Position numbers and translations under genes: made by a program. Shown here in pieces: positions 6,953 through 15,487 of a stretch of DNA of 32,000 nucleotides. The stretch comes from an uncultured Clostridia bacterium (GTDB taxonomy: Bacteria; Bacillota; Clostridia; UBA1381): assembly GCA_947623955.1 (NCBI GenBank), contig CANQIP010000010.1, positions 19,696 to 51,695 of the forward strand. The letters run 5' to 3'. Each line of letters begins with the position of its first letter. Within the stretch, counting starts at the first letter, position 1. The notes below the pieces were generated by a model that ran no database searches, was not told where the DNA came from, and saw only the letters and a program-made list of their open reading frames with translations.

Positions 6953-8659
6953 TCATTCCACCTCCCAAAAATCTATATCACTGTTATCCTTCAATTTTGT
7001 CAAAGCCTTTATTTGTGCATCAAATTCAGAAAACCCTTGTTCTATGAATTTTTCGATATAAGCAGTATATAACGTGTTTTCAATATTTTCATTTGCGTTA
7101 TATCCAAAAATTTTACCGTTGTGACAAATAATAAAGCCTTGCTTATAGTTGTTTTTGTAACAAGCATTAAAGTCCGAAGCGCTTGGCGGCATACTATGTG
7201 GGTGTGTATGCAGAGCAATTATATTATCATGTCCTTTTAAGGCTTTCTTCATTGCTCCGGTATACGCAACCGCTCTTTCCGTTTGCTCATTTAAGGCGCT
7301 TATAATAACCTTTCCCGTATTGCCGTCAATCCAATACATATCCTCGTACAGCGTACCGCTTCTATGCTTTAGCATTTCCTTTGCCTTTGAATATAATACG
7401 CGGTTTACTTCATCGTTCGGTGTTAAATTGTCAAATTTACGCCGATAATTGCCGCTGTCGATATATGAGTTATTTATAAGCGTTGACTTGTTCCTTCCGT
7501 ATCTTTGGTTTTCGAGTGCCACCGTATCACCCCTCATATTCATTATATCATTTTTCACGGAATTGTCAACAGCTTTCGTCTTTTTCGTCCGCGCCTCTTT
7601 AACGTGCGTTTCCATAGCCGCCTTTTGTTCCGGTGTAAGGCTCGCCTGCCATTCCTCGAACGTCATATCGCCGTCAACTTTGTAATTTTTGCCCGTTGCG
7701 GGGTCGCGAGCGATACGCGTCTTTGATATAGCGTCCGCCATGATAGTTGTACAGCGGCAATTCGGGTGTATGGGCGGATAATTCACGCCCTCGCGTGCGT
7801 CGGTGACGTCAAACACCTTGCCATCCAGTCCGCCGCACGTCTCGCACGTCCGCTCCGACAGTGCCGCCACAAAACGGTATTTCTTTATCCCTATTTCGTC
7901 ATACGCCGCCTTTTGCCCCGTATTCATAAAATGCGCCGTTTCCGTCCGCACAAGCCGCGTAGTGGAATATAATACGCCGTCCGCGCCCTCGCTTTTGACG
8001 TATTCCTCTAACTGCGCCGCCATGCGGTTTACGCTGTGTCCCGCCATTATACCGGTAGTAACGGTGTTCTGTACCGCCTCGGTAAACCTGTCATTGTGGT
8101 TCCATATGCGGTCGCTGTAATTCGCGCCGTTCCACGGTTCTCGTAATGCCGCGTCAATCGCCCTCGTCGGCAGGAGCGAAAAATCTATACCGCAGTTTAA
8201 GCCTTTCGCGATATTATACACGTTCGTGTAATACGACTTCTGCAGCGTTCTCGTGTAAAACAGCTTATGCGCCGCAACCGCCGTATTTGCAACGCGTGTC
8301 ATTTCAGTGAGTATGCGCGACTTCACGCCCTCTAAGCGGCTTATTCGTGCGCCGTAAGCCTGCGCGTTTACCCTCGCGAGTATTTCCGCCCGCCGTTCGA
8401 TGTCCGTCGTTTCCTCGAACAGCTGCATAAGTTCGGCGTAGGTCTTGTCGCTTTCCGCCGCGTTCAGCAGCTTTACCGCCTCGCCCTCGGGAATGTCCAT
8501 AGCCACATACGCCGAGAACGTGTCGCGTATATCGGCGTTTATAGCCTCAATCGCCCGTTCATACTCCGCTATCGTTTCTTCGCTCAGCTTGTCCGCGCCG
8601 TTCTGTAATTCCTCTTCCAGTGCCGCCGCACGCGCCGCCCAATATGCTTTACTCCTCAT
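6953..8659 (-). CDS. MuF / SPP1-gp7-like minor head protein fused to a C-terminal JAB/MPN-like domain
   Basis: The N-terminal ~340 aa carry the MuF pattern (...RLVRTETAHFMNTGQ...ERTCETCGGLDGKVF...PPIHPNCRCT). The C-terminal ~170 aa carry ...YEDMYWIDGNTGKVII...NIIALHTHPHSMPPSASDF, a JAMM/RadC-like E...HxH...PSxxD signature (7172-7216). Confidence 0.8.
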   Translation of the reverse strand: MRSKAYWAARAAALEEELQNGADKLSEETIAEYERAIEAINADIRDTFSAYVAMDIPEGEAVKLLNAAESDKTYAELMQLFEETTDIERRAEILARVNAQAYGARISRLEGVKSRILTEMTRVANTAVAAHKLFYTRTLQKSYYTNVYNIAKGLNCGIDFSLLPTRAIDAALREPWNGANYSDRIWNHNDRFTEAVQNTVTTGIMAGHSVNRMAAQLEEYVKSEGADGVLYSTTRLVRTETAHFMNTGQKAAYDEIGIKKYRFVAALSERTCETCGGLDGKVFDVTDAREGVNYPPIHPNCRCTTIMADAISKTRIARDPATGKNYKVDGDMTFEEWQASLTPEQKAAMETHVKEARTKKTKAVDNSVKNDIMNMRGDTVALENQRYGRNKSTLINNSYIDSGNYRRKFDNLTPNDEVNRVLYSKAKEMLKHRSGTLYEDMYWIDGNTGKVIISALNEQTERAVAYTGAMKKALKGHDNIIALHTHPHSMPPSASDFNACYKNNYKQGFIICHNGKIFGYNANENIENTLYTAYIEKFIEQGFSEFDAQIKALTKLKDNSDIDFWEVE

Positions 8660-10004
8660 CGTCGTCTACACTATACCGCCGCCTGTCGCCCTTTGCCGCC
8701 GCAGCCGCGAACGCTTCCGACTTTTCGGCGGCTTCTCTTTTCACAAGCTCCGCTTCTTCAGCCGCGTCGGATATAAACGGCAGCTGTTCGAGTAATGTTT
8801 CGGTTGATACAACCTTCGTCAGATTATTTACCATTTGCGATATTTCCAACTCGTTCGCCGGCAGATTACGCGTAAATACAACGTCAATCCTATGTATCGG
8901 CACAGTCGCCATCGCGCCTTTAAGCGACAGGAAATTTATATACAATCCCAGACGGCTCTTTAACCCCTTTGCAATCTGCCGCTCCTTGTTTTTGACGCTC
9001 TGCTCAAATCCCAGTAGCTTGTATTTTATCGCAACTCCGCTTAAATTGTTGCCGAAGCTCTCATCTGTCAAATCAGGCACAAGCGAGAAACGGTGTATAT
9101 CGTCCTTCAAATTGTTACGCAAGACCTCAATGTCGCTTTCCTGCATGATTTTTGACAGGTATTGCGCAGACGCGCCCTCATATCCCATAAGGATTTTTTC
9201 TTCGCGCAGCTTTTTAGCTTGGTCGCTGTCGATGTCGAGATTTACCAAAAATAAAAACGCGTCCACAAACTGCTCTTTGTCGTTCACTCTATCCGACATG
9301 AGCGTATTGTACGCGTCTATCGCGGGTATAAGCTGCTCAAAATCGCCCTGCTTTTCGCCGTTGTTACAATACTCGATAAGCGGCACGCTGCCGAAATAGT
9401 GCGGCGTTGTGTCCGTACACTCCATATTGTCAAAGCTATTCCGCCCCGTAAAGGTGTATATGTCGTTTGCGTCGCACACGATACATTCCGTACCTGTGAC
9501 TGTTCCGTCGAGGTCGCGGCGTTCAAAATAATAAACGCCGAACAGCGGAGTATGCCGGCAGTCGTCGCCGTAAACAACAAACGTCCTATCCGGCGGCAGT
9601 ACCGCGCTTTCGGGCGCGCTGTTCTCGTTCGCGTACACGTATTCATACGCCCGCCCGTAAATGCTGACATTTTTAACGATTTCGCTGTCCACGCTCGCGA
9701 TGTCCTGAATAAGATAGTTATTCTTCAATGCCTCGATGTCGTATTCCTCTGACGCGGCATACGTTACGGGGTTGCCTATCAAATACGATGTTGTCATGTC
9801 CGTTATGTAACGTGCGTGATTCAACACTATTTTCGTGTTCGGACTGTCGGGCGATACGCGCCGGCGGTTTAATATCGTATGTCTGCCCGCGTAGTAGTCG
9901 CGCAATCGTGCATACCTTTCCGCCGCGCCGCGGTGAAGCTGTATCAGCTTTGCCAAAATTTCAGCCGTAATGCCGTCCGCTATTATGCTTTTGTCGATTA
10001 TCAT
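8649..10004 (-). CDS. Portal protein (SPP1 gp6-like)
   Basis: 451 aa between TerL and MuF, with an acidic C-terminus and the typical N-terminal ...YARLRDYYAGRHTIL... pattern. Confidence 0.85.
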   Translation of the reverse strand: MIIDKSIIADGITAEILAKLIQLHRGAAERYARLRDYYAGRHTILNRRRVSPDSPNTKIVLNHARYITDMTTSYLIGNPVTYAASEEYDIEALKNNYLIQDIASVDSEIVKNVSIYGRAYEYVYANENSAPESAVLPPDRTFVVYGDDCRHTPLFGVYYFERRDLDGTVTGTECIVCDANDIYTFTGRNSFDNMECTDTTPHYFGSVPLIEYCNNGEKQGDFEQLIPAIDAYNTLMSDRVNDKEQFVDAFLFLVNLDIDSDQAKKLREEKILMGYEGASAQYLSKIMQESDIEVLRNNLKDDIHRFSLVPDLTDESFGNNLSGVAIKYKLLGFEQSVKNKERQIAKGLKSRLGLYINFLSLKGAMATVPIHRIDVVFTRNLPANELEISQMVNNLTKVVSTETLLEQLPFISDAAEEAELVKREAAEKSEAFAAAAAKGDRRRYSVDDDEE

Positions 10005-11269
10005 ATTCCAAACTCCTTCCGCGAATATATCTTTGCTTTTCTCATTGTAATCTCGTCCTCTAACGCGTACCGCGCCGCGTCAATAGTGTGATTATCCTTG
10101 TCGGGATATTCCGCCTTGAAGCCGTCGTTCCCGTCCGGTTCAAGCGCATAGTTATAAAATTCCTCGAACGTATGCGGACACCGCGCACTGTCAATTATAA
10201 TTTCCTCAAGCGACTGCAAAAATTTAATACCGTACTCCACGCTGTCAGGGCCTTTTTTCGCGCCGCGTACACGTAACCCGTACCCGCGTAATTCAGCGAT
10301 TGACTTAGGCTCTGCGCTGTCACATATAATTGGCTGGCTGTATGCGCGTTTTGCGTTAATCATTTCCGCCGCACGCCTGTTTGACAATCCCGTTTTGTAT
10401 ATCTCGTCGAAGATATATAACCGCCGCCGTTTTTTGTCGTAGTGCGCGACGATATACGCGAACGGGTCGGACGCGTAACCGAAATCGACGCCGCGCTTTA
10501 TGTGGTCAAACGCCGCTATTTCCTCGTCGGTTATACGCCGCTGTGTAATGTTTGTGAATACCTCGCCGCCCGTGCCTGTCGCATAGCCGAGATATTCATG
10601 CTCGTATAATTCCGGTTTTGTTTTTTTCAAGTGCTCCGCCTCCCTTATAAAATCTTTACCCAGCCACTCAGCCGGAACGTCAATATATGTGCTGTGATGT
10701 ACGATCCTGTCTTTCCGTTCCGTCAACGCCTCTTTGTTTACCCAGTTGCGCTTTGACTGCGGCGGGTTATACGAATAAAACACTACAAACCCATTACCGC
10801 CGCGCATTAGCGATTGATTTATGGAGCGTATCTCCGCCATGCCGCCAAACTCGGCTAATTCCTCGTACCAGATGTATTTGATATACCCTTTCTTGACCTT
10901 TGTCGATTTCAATTTCTGCGGCTTATCCGCCCCGCGAAATAAGATGCGCTGTCCCGTAGGCAAATAGACAAGCTCCATAGGACTTAATTTCTCCTGCCAC
11001 AAATGCGACGCGCCTAATTTGTCAATCGCCCACAATAGCTGATTATACACGCTGTCGCGCAGATTGTCCTTTACCTTGCGTATCACAACGGCGTTTGCCG
11101 CCGCGTCGCCCATTATTCCGAGTATTATCATCACCGACACAAACGACGACTTTGTACTTCCGCGCCCGCCTTTAAGCCAGTAGTGCGTGTGGGCGTTTTC
11201 CGTTACGTCGTAATATAAATCATAAAACGAAGGAGCGATAACGTCAGTCAGTCTTTCCAACGTTATCAC
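10001..11269 (-). CDS. terL: Terminase large subunit (PBSX-type)
   Basis: 422 aa with Walker A YWLKGGRGSTKSS, Walker B-like IWYEELAEF, and a nuclease half with DSAEPKSI. Confidence 0.9.
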   Translation of the reverse strand: MITLERLTDVIAPSFYDLYYDVTENAHTHYWLKGGRGSTKSSFVSVMIILGIMGDAAANAVVIRKVKDNLRDSVYNQLLWAIDKLGASHLWQEKLSPMELVYLPTGQRILFRGADKPQKLKSTKVKKGYIKYIWYEELAEFGGMAEIRSINQSLMRGGNGFVVFYSYNPPQSKRNWVNKEALTERKDRIVHHSTYIDVPAEWLGKDFIREAEHLKKTKPELYEHEYLGYATGTGGEVFTNITQRRITDEEIAAFDHIKRGVDFGYASDPFAYIVAHYDKKRRRLYIFDEIYKTGLSNRRAAEMINAKRAYSQPIICDSAEPKSIAELRGYGLRVRGAKKGPDSVEYGIKFLQSLEEIIIDSARCPHTFEEFYNYALEPDGNDGFKAEYPDKDNHTIDAARYALEDEITMRKAKIYSRKEFGI

Positions 11270-11696
11270 CCCTTCGAGGTATGTCGTTTATGATTGTAAC
11301 GGGTTCTATTCCCTCAATTTGTGTTTTGTCGGTAAACATACCGTAATACTTGCCGAGCATTTCCGCCGCTTTGAGCCTGTCCTTTGCCGACGGTAAGCCC
11401 TTTCTGAATGTTTGTATGCCCTCGCCGACAAATATAGGGATATTCTCGACCTCATTTTCGCCGCGCATTACCTCGGTCAAAAACTCTATGACCTCGTTGC
11501 GCTCGGCGGTCTTTTCCTCGTGCTGCCGTTCGTCCCATTCCTTGACGGCTGCCGCGACGTCCTCATCGTGTAACAGCTTGTACGCCCTCTGCTTTGCGCT
11601 CCCCGGCGCATATCCGGCGGCAGCAGCGGCGCGCGCTCCGTTGCGGTCGATTATGTATTCATCAAAAAATCGCTTTTTCTTCCCTGTCAGCGCCAT
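11244..11696 (-). CDS. terS: Terminase small subunit
   Basis: 150 aa, MALTGKKKRFFDEYIIDRNGARAAAAAGYAPGSAKQRAYKLL, an HTH pattern typical of small terminases. It overlaps the terL start. Confidence 0.85.
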   Translation of the reverse strand: MALTGKKKRFFDEYIIDRNGARAAAAAGYAPGSAKQRAYKLLHDEDVAAAVKEWDERQHEEKTAERNEVIEFLTEVMRGENEVENIPIFVGEGIQTFRKGLPSAKDRLKAAEMLGKYYGMFTDKTQIEGIEPVTIINDIPRRGDNVGKTD

Positions 11697-11829
11697 TTTG
11701 CCGCCCCCTTCCGATTGAAAGATAAAAGGATTACCTCATTCCGCCGCCGAACGTGTTTTTTTCAATTATCGCGCGCGTGCGTATACGCGGCGAGGTAGTC
11801 CAAAGTAGTCCACTACACAACAAAAGTCC

Positions 11830-11869
11830 GGCGCGGGTTGAAACCCTTTCGGGAAAACTCGCCCGCGCC
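11830..11869 (-). promoter_or_regulatory. Stable stem-loop in the late-operon leader (terminator-like)
   Basis: GGCGCGGG...CCCGCGCC 8-bp outer stem with an inner CCC-GAAA-GGG (minus strand). It is followed on the minus strand by GGACTTTTGTTG and lies between the putative late promoter and terS. Confidence 0.45.
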
Positions 11870-11935
11870 GATGAAAGGATTTTCGCGCCGATTGCGCTCA
11901 TCTCTCATAATCTCTTTATACTTTTCCCATTTTGA

Positions 11936-11969
11936 ATTATAACACAGAAAAAACGGACAAAACGGACAA
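11936..11969 (-). promoter_or_regulatory. Putative activator-dependent late promoter
   Basis: The minus strand reads TTGTCCGTT-TTGTCCGTT (tandem 9-mers, 11952-11969), then TTTTCTGTG, then TGTTATAAT (extended -10, 11936-11944). There is no -35 at proper spacing. Confidence 0.45.
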
Positions 11970-11995
11970 CTTTTAAAATTTTGCAAAAAAATTTG

Positions 11996-12024
11996 TTGTA
12001 ATATGGTTTTTTGTATGATATACT
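11996..12024 (+). promoter_or_regulatory. Promoter for the small-peptide transcript
   Basis: TTGTAA-17 nt-TATACT with TG at -15/-14 (TGATATACT). Confidence 0.5.
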
Positions 12025-12106
12025 GATTGTGCCGTAAGAAATTACGGCGGGTAACATAGGAGCGGCGGCGGCTGTTCCGACACTCTCAGTAAAGGGGGTG
12101 TCAATC

Positions 12107-12181
12107 ATGGATATTGGTATTTTAATTAGACTGATTGAATTATACATAATTCTTGAAATAATAAAGAATATCAAAAAATAA
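12107..12181 (+). CDS. 24-aa hydrophobic/amphipathic peptide (candidate type I toxin-like or membrane peptide)
   Basis: RBS AAAGGGGGTG is 6 nt before the ATG: MDIGILIRLIELYIILEIIKNIKK*. A 76-nt leader contains GCCGTAA-GAAA-TTACGGC, and a terminator follows immediately. Confidence 0.4.
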   Translation: MDIGILIRLIELYIILEIIKNIKK

Positions 12182-12208
12182 GCCGCCCCATCTCGCAAAT
12201 AGGGCGGC
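12182..12208. terminator. Bidirectional terminator hairpin
   Basis: GCCGCCC-13 nt-GGGCGGC flanked by an A-run (12173-12178) and TGCGTTAGTTTT. On the minus strand it gives a stem plus TTATTTTTTG after the late-activator gene. Confidence 0.65.
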
Positions 12209-12271
12209 TGCGTTAGTTTTATACTAACTTTTGCTGAACTTGCGGAACGGTCAAAACCGCTCCTTTGTTAT

Positions 12272-12694
12272 CTACAATATATCATATTTCTTTTTTTTTG
12301 TCAATAATTTTCCCAAAAATCTGTCATGCCTTTTTCGCGTTCCGTCCGCGCTATTCCCGCCGCCGACCTTAAACGCGATCCACTGCCACGACGGGCGCAC
12401 CTCGCCCTCTATGTACCGCATACGAAATATCCGCCGCGTAAGGCTGTCCTCGATACCGTCAACATACCTTTCAACTTTCCGCCGCTGTCGCTGCAGCTTG
12501 TTACGCCGCGCCAGGAGCATGTTGCTGTATTCGTTCTTTTCAAGCCCCGCGACACTCATCGAGTGCTTTGTGTACGGAAATTCAGCATCCGAACCGCTCA
12601 CGGTGTCCGTAACCGTATTTTCTTTTATCCTCTCTTCCGTTTCACGTATCTCCGCGACCACGGAGCGATACTGTTCCAATTCCTTTTTAGTCAT
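12272..12694 (-). CDS. Late-gene transcriptional activator, sigma-70 region-4-like (ArpU/RinA-type position)
   Basis: Start MTKKELEQYRS with RBS AAAGGAGTG. The C-terminus ...LTRRIFRMRYIEGEVRPSWQWIAFKVGGGNSADGTRKRHDRFLGKL is region-4 HTH-like. It lies just upstream of the terminase genes. Confidence 0.7.
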   Translation of the reverse strand: MTKKELEQYRSVVAEIRETEERIKENTVTDTVSGSDAEFPYTKHSMSVAGLEKNEYSNMLLARRNKLQRQRRKVERYVDGIEDSLTRRIFRMRYIEGEVRPSWQWIAFKVGGGNSADGTRKRHDRFLGKLLTKKKKYDIL

Positions 12695-12803
12695 TTCCGC
12701 ACTCCTTTTCATCAACGCAAATTACGGCACGCACCGCGCACCTCAAAAAAATATATTTAATCCCCACCTTACTACGCTAACACAAATCCTTCGGATTTGC
12801 TCG

Positions 12804-13577
12804 CTACAACACGCGGAGCGTGTTGTTCACATCCGGCGGAGTCTCTCTCACCTTAATCAATTCGTATTCCTGATATGTAAATCCATCCAAATCGGGAAAA
12901 CCTGTAAACAGCGTTCCCTTCGCTATCTCGTACCTGTACCCGTATTCCTCGCACTTCGGCGGTTTCGGGTTCTCGCGTATCGCGCTCATCGGCACGACGC
13001 GCTTTATAACCTTCGGCTTTCGCAGATTTCGCGAGTGACCGAATTTTTGATATGTCAGGTCCTTATGTTTGCCGCCGTCCAAAAAATATTTAATCAGGTT
13101 GCCGCTTTCCATGTCGGTTATCTCTTTCGGATCTGTTACAATTCCGTATTCTTTCCAGTAGTTGAGCAGCATTGATATAATCTCGGGGCTTGTGTTGCGG
13201 ATTATCAGATGATGATGTGGGCGTATCGTGTCGGACGCTTCTGTCACCCTATACCATACAAACGGTATATTCTTCCTTTTCAGCCGCTTTTGCATTTTGC
13301 TTAAAACCTTGCTGAGTATTTTATCTGCTTTTTCCGGCTCATGCCATTTTTTATATGTCAGCGTTACCCAGTAATCGCCCAAATCAAAATTTTCATAACA
13401 GTCATGCTTGATTTTTAAATATGCCTGACGCGCATTCCTTTTTTTCTTTCCCTCGCCCGTTGCGCATAAACGGACTCCCCTCTTCTTTTTGGAATTTGAG
13501 GGGTTATAATAAAAACATTTCGTACGGTAAACAAACTCCCGATGTTTTGTTGGTACACGCGTACATAAAACAAGCAT
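12804..13577 (-). CDS. HUH rolling-circle replication initiator (Rep)
   Basis: 257 aa with motif 1 WVTLTY, motif 2 RPHHHLII (HUH) and motif 3 LIKYFLDGGKH (catalytic Tyr). RBS GGAAGGAGAGGG. Confidence 0.7.
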   Translation of the reverse strand: MLVLCTRVPTKHREFVYRTKCFYYNPSNSKKKRGVRLCATGEGKKKRNARQAYLKIKHDCYENFDLGDYWVTLTYKKWHEPEKADKILSKVLSKMQKRLKRKNIPFVWYRVTEASDTIRPHHHLIIRNTSPEIISMLLNYWKEYGIVTDPKEITDMESGNLIKYFLDGGKHKDLTYQKFGHSRNLRKPKVIKRVVPMSAIRENPKPPKCEEYGYRYEIAKGTLFTGFPDLDGFTYQEYELIKVRETPPDVNNTLRVL

Positions 13578-13639
13578 TTTTCCCTCTCCTTCCTTTTTGG
13601 TTTTTGTCTATAATTTTAGCCTACAAAACAAGGTTTAAA

Positions 13640-13656
13640 GCGGCGCGTTCCGCCGC
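13640..13656. terminator. Terminator hairpin between the early genes and rep
   Basis: GCGGCG-CGTTC-CGCCGC with T-rich tracts on both sides (ATTTTT on plus, TTTAAACCTTGTTTTG on minus). Confidence 0.5.
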
Positions 13657-13687
13657 ATTTTTAAAACCTTATTTATATAGTAGAAAC

Positions 13688-13945
13688 TCACTCGCTCCGT
13701 AGTAGTTCGCGCTGCTTTTCGACCGCCTCGTCGCGGCTCATGTTGCCGTCTTTTACCGCGATATATACATCGCATAGGTGTATTATAATGGCATACTCCA
13801 CGTCGGTGTACTTTCCGCCGCTGTAATACGTCTCACATTCGGCGACGTATTTATTAACGTCGTCAATAAACAGATCCGACAGACGATTAGCCGCCTGTTT
13901 CAACTGCGCTATGCGTCGGGCGTCCACTACTGCTTGTCCTTCCAT
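13688..13945 (-). CDS. Hypothetical early protein (85 aa)
   Basis: ORF with coding-like composition. Its start overlaps the upstream stop. Confidence 0.5.
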   Translation of the reverse strand: MEGQAVVDARRIAQLKQAANRLSDLFIDDVNKYVAECETYYSGGKYTDVEYAIIIHLCDVYIAVKDGNMSRDEAVEKQRELLRSE

Positions 13946-14082
13946 AACAGCCGCGTCGCGCCTGCTTTGCTGATAAGCTGATAATACTCGTCCGTTTCTT
14001 TGACTATGTACCAGTTTTCAGGCTTTAAGCCGTGCGATGCAACAAATATTTTCTGCTGCCTCGTTAAATTTCGTTTTTGCAT
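13927..14082 (-). CDS. Small conserved-looking phage protein (51 aa)
   Basis: Below the track cutoff: MQKRNLTRQQKIFVASHGLKPENWYIVKETDEYYQLISKAGATRLLWKDKQ*. It overlaps the next start. Confidence 0.45.
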   Translation of the reverse strand: MQKRNLTRQQKIFVASHGLKPENWYIVKETDEYYQLISKAGATRLLWKDKQ

Positions 14083-14096
14083 ATTCGCTCACCGCC

Positions 14097-14279
14097 TTAA
14101 TTCCAGCGCATACACTTGTTGACCGCCATTTTAAGTTCCTCGCCGTCAACCTTGTACTCCTTGCCGTCCGCCTCGATGATAACCATGCTGTCGTTGTTCA
14201 CGTCGTTCTTAACGCGGATAGGATCTCCTCCCACGACCGACCGTTCCTTTATCGTGCATACCACATCAATGTTTTTCAT
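14097..14279 (-). CDS. Hypothetical early protein (60 aa)
   Basis: The MKNIDVV start is preceded by AAAGGAG at 8 nt. Confidence 0.45.
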   Translation of the reverse strand: MKNIDVVCTIKERSVVGGDPIRVKNDVNNDSMVIIEADGKEYKVDGEELKMAVNKCMRWN

Positions 14280-14293
14280 TTTTCTTGCTCCTT

Positions 14294-14485
14294 TCATTTT
14301 GGTATAACGCCCACCATCACAAAATCAGGTATAAATCCCTCGTCACAACTAATACGACCTGCAATTTTATAACCTTCCTCTTGAAATGACTTTATCATTT
14401 TATTGTTATCTGCTGCCACAACAGGACATAGTGTGCCCGGCTCCGGTGACTGATACTGCACAATCACATATTTTTTATTCGCCAT
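14294..14485 (-). CDS. Hypothetical early protein (63 aa)
   Basis: The MANKKYVIVQYQ start is preceded by GGAGGTGG. The longer track ORF start lies inside the MazG gene. Confidence 0.45.
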   Translation of the reverse strand: MANKKYVIVQYQSPEPGTLCPVVAADNNKMIKSFQEEGYKIAGRISCDEGFIPDFVMVGVIPK

Positions 14486-14915
14486 TTTCCGCCACCTCCG
14501 TAAATCCGTCCGCAAATAACCGCAATCTAAGGCGCAAAATTTTCTCGCGCACAAATTCGTCAAATAAGTCCGGCTCACCGAAAAGCTGTATCATCTGTAA
14601 CAGCACAATATATACGTCCGCCATTTCCTCGACAATCGCCTTTTCGCACTCTCGCACATAATTAACTTGACAGCCGGATTTTTGTGCGCGTCGCTGTTTT
14701 AGGAACGCTTTTGTCAACTCTGACATTTCTTCAATCATCATATCGACTTGCGCATCGCCGCCGTATGTAGTGAGGGCTTGCGTCAATACGCTTGTATCGA
14801 CCGTCGGTATACCCATGTCCTCGTAGTCGGCTAATTGGTCAGTCGCCTCTTTAGTGTTGTAATATTCAATGACTTGCGCGTTCCCGCGCTCGTCACGCTC
14901 TGTTATTCTGCTCAT
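14475..14915 (-). CDS. MazG-like nucleotide pyrophosphohydrolase
   Basis: MMIEEMSELTKAF...AIVEEMADVYIVLLQM carries the paired EExxE/EExxD helices typical of the all-alpha NTP-PPase fold. Confidence 0.7.
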   Translation of the reverse strand: MSRITERDERGNAQVIEYYNTKEATDQLADYEDMGIPTVDTSVLTQALTTYGGDAQVDMMIEEMSELTKAFLKQRRAQKSGCQVNYVRECEKAIVEEMADVYIVLLQMIQLFGEPDLFDEFVREKILRLRLRLFADGFTEVAENGE

Positions 14916-15487
14916 GCCTCGTCCTCGCTTTCCGCCGCGCTCGGCTCTTTAATTTCCATTTGTCCGCCCGCGTCGAAAAACGCCGCCTCTTCCGATGCGT
15001 TTAGTCCAGTAAGCAGATCGGCGGCATACGCTGACAGATTATTCAGATTGACGCGCATGGGGTTAATAAATCCAACCGTAAATACATCACGCATAATAAA
15101 CAATGTATCACTCCCGAAAAAATATCGTTTGTCACGAAATTCGTCGAAAATATTGAGTAATTCAGATTTTACAAAGAAAATACGTCTATCGACAAGCATA
15201 AACGGCTGAATAACCGTCCCACTCGGCAATTCAATAGCATTTTCCAGTGGCACAGCGTCCTCAAAGTCCGTTACATTCGAAAACTCGGCGGGCGGGAAAA
15301 TGTATTTGTCGCGTTCATCGTCGCTGATACCGATCGCCGCCGCACAGTCCTCCGCCGTCCAGTCGTCAACATCGGCGTCGATAACTCCCGCAACACTGCC
15401 GTCGGACAAATAATCATAATCACCGTAAGTGAATATTTGTATATGTTTGTTTTTCTTGCATTGTTTCAGCATTTTTGATAATATCAT
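14912..15487 (-). CDS. Hypothetical early protein (191 aa)
   Basis: The MILSKML start has RBS GGGAGG and an ATGA overlap with the upstream stop. The C-terminus is acidic. Confidence 0.5.
   Translation of the reverse strand: MILSKMLKQCKKNKHIQIFTYGDYDYLSDGSVAGVIDADVDDWTAEDCAAAIGISDDERDKYIFPPAEFSNVTDFEDAVPLENAIELPSGTVIQPFMLVDRRIFFVKSELLNIFDEFRDKRYFFGSDTLFIMRDVFTVGFINPMRVNLNNLSAYAADLLTGLNASEEAAFFDAGGQMEIKEPSAAESEDEA

Noticed and set aside
8620-9399. Plus-strand ORF of 259 aa
   Set aside because: It is a Ser/Leu-rich antisense shadow of the portal gene.
11905-12198. Minus-strand ORF of 97 aa in the terS upstream gap
   Set aside because: It has no RBS and an implausible composition. It spans the putative late promoter and runs antisense to the small-peptide gene, which has much better signals.
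12770-12776. TACTACG resembling the pMV158-type nick sequence downstream of rep
   Set aside because: It is only a 7-mer and is not in a hairpin loop. The Rep motifs (FxTLT-type motif 1) point to a different Rep family, so this is too weak to call an origin.
12231-13175. Plus-strand ORF of 314 aa
   Set aside because: It is antisense to both the late activator and the Rep gene and crosses their intergenic hairpins. It has a low-complexity translation.
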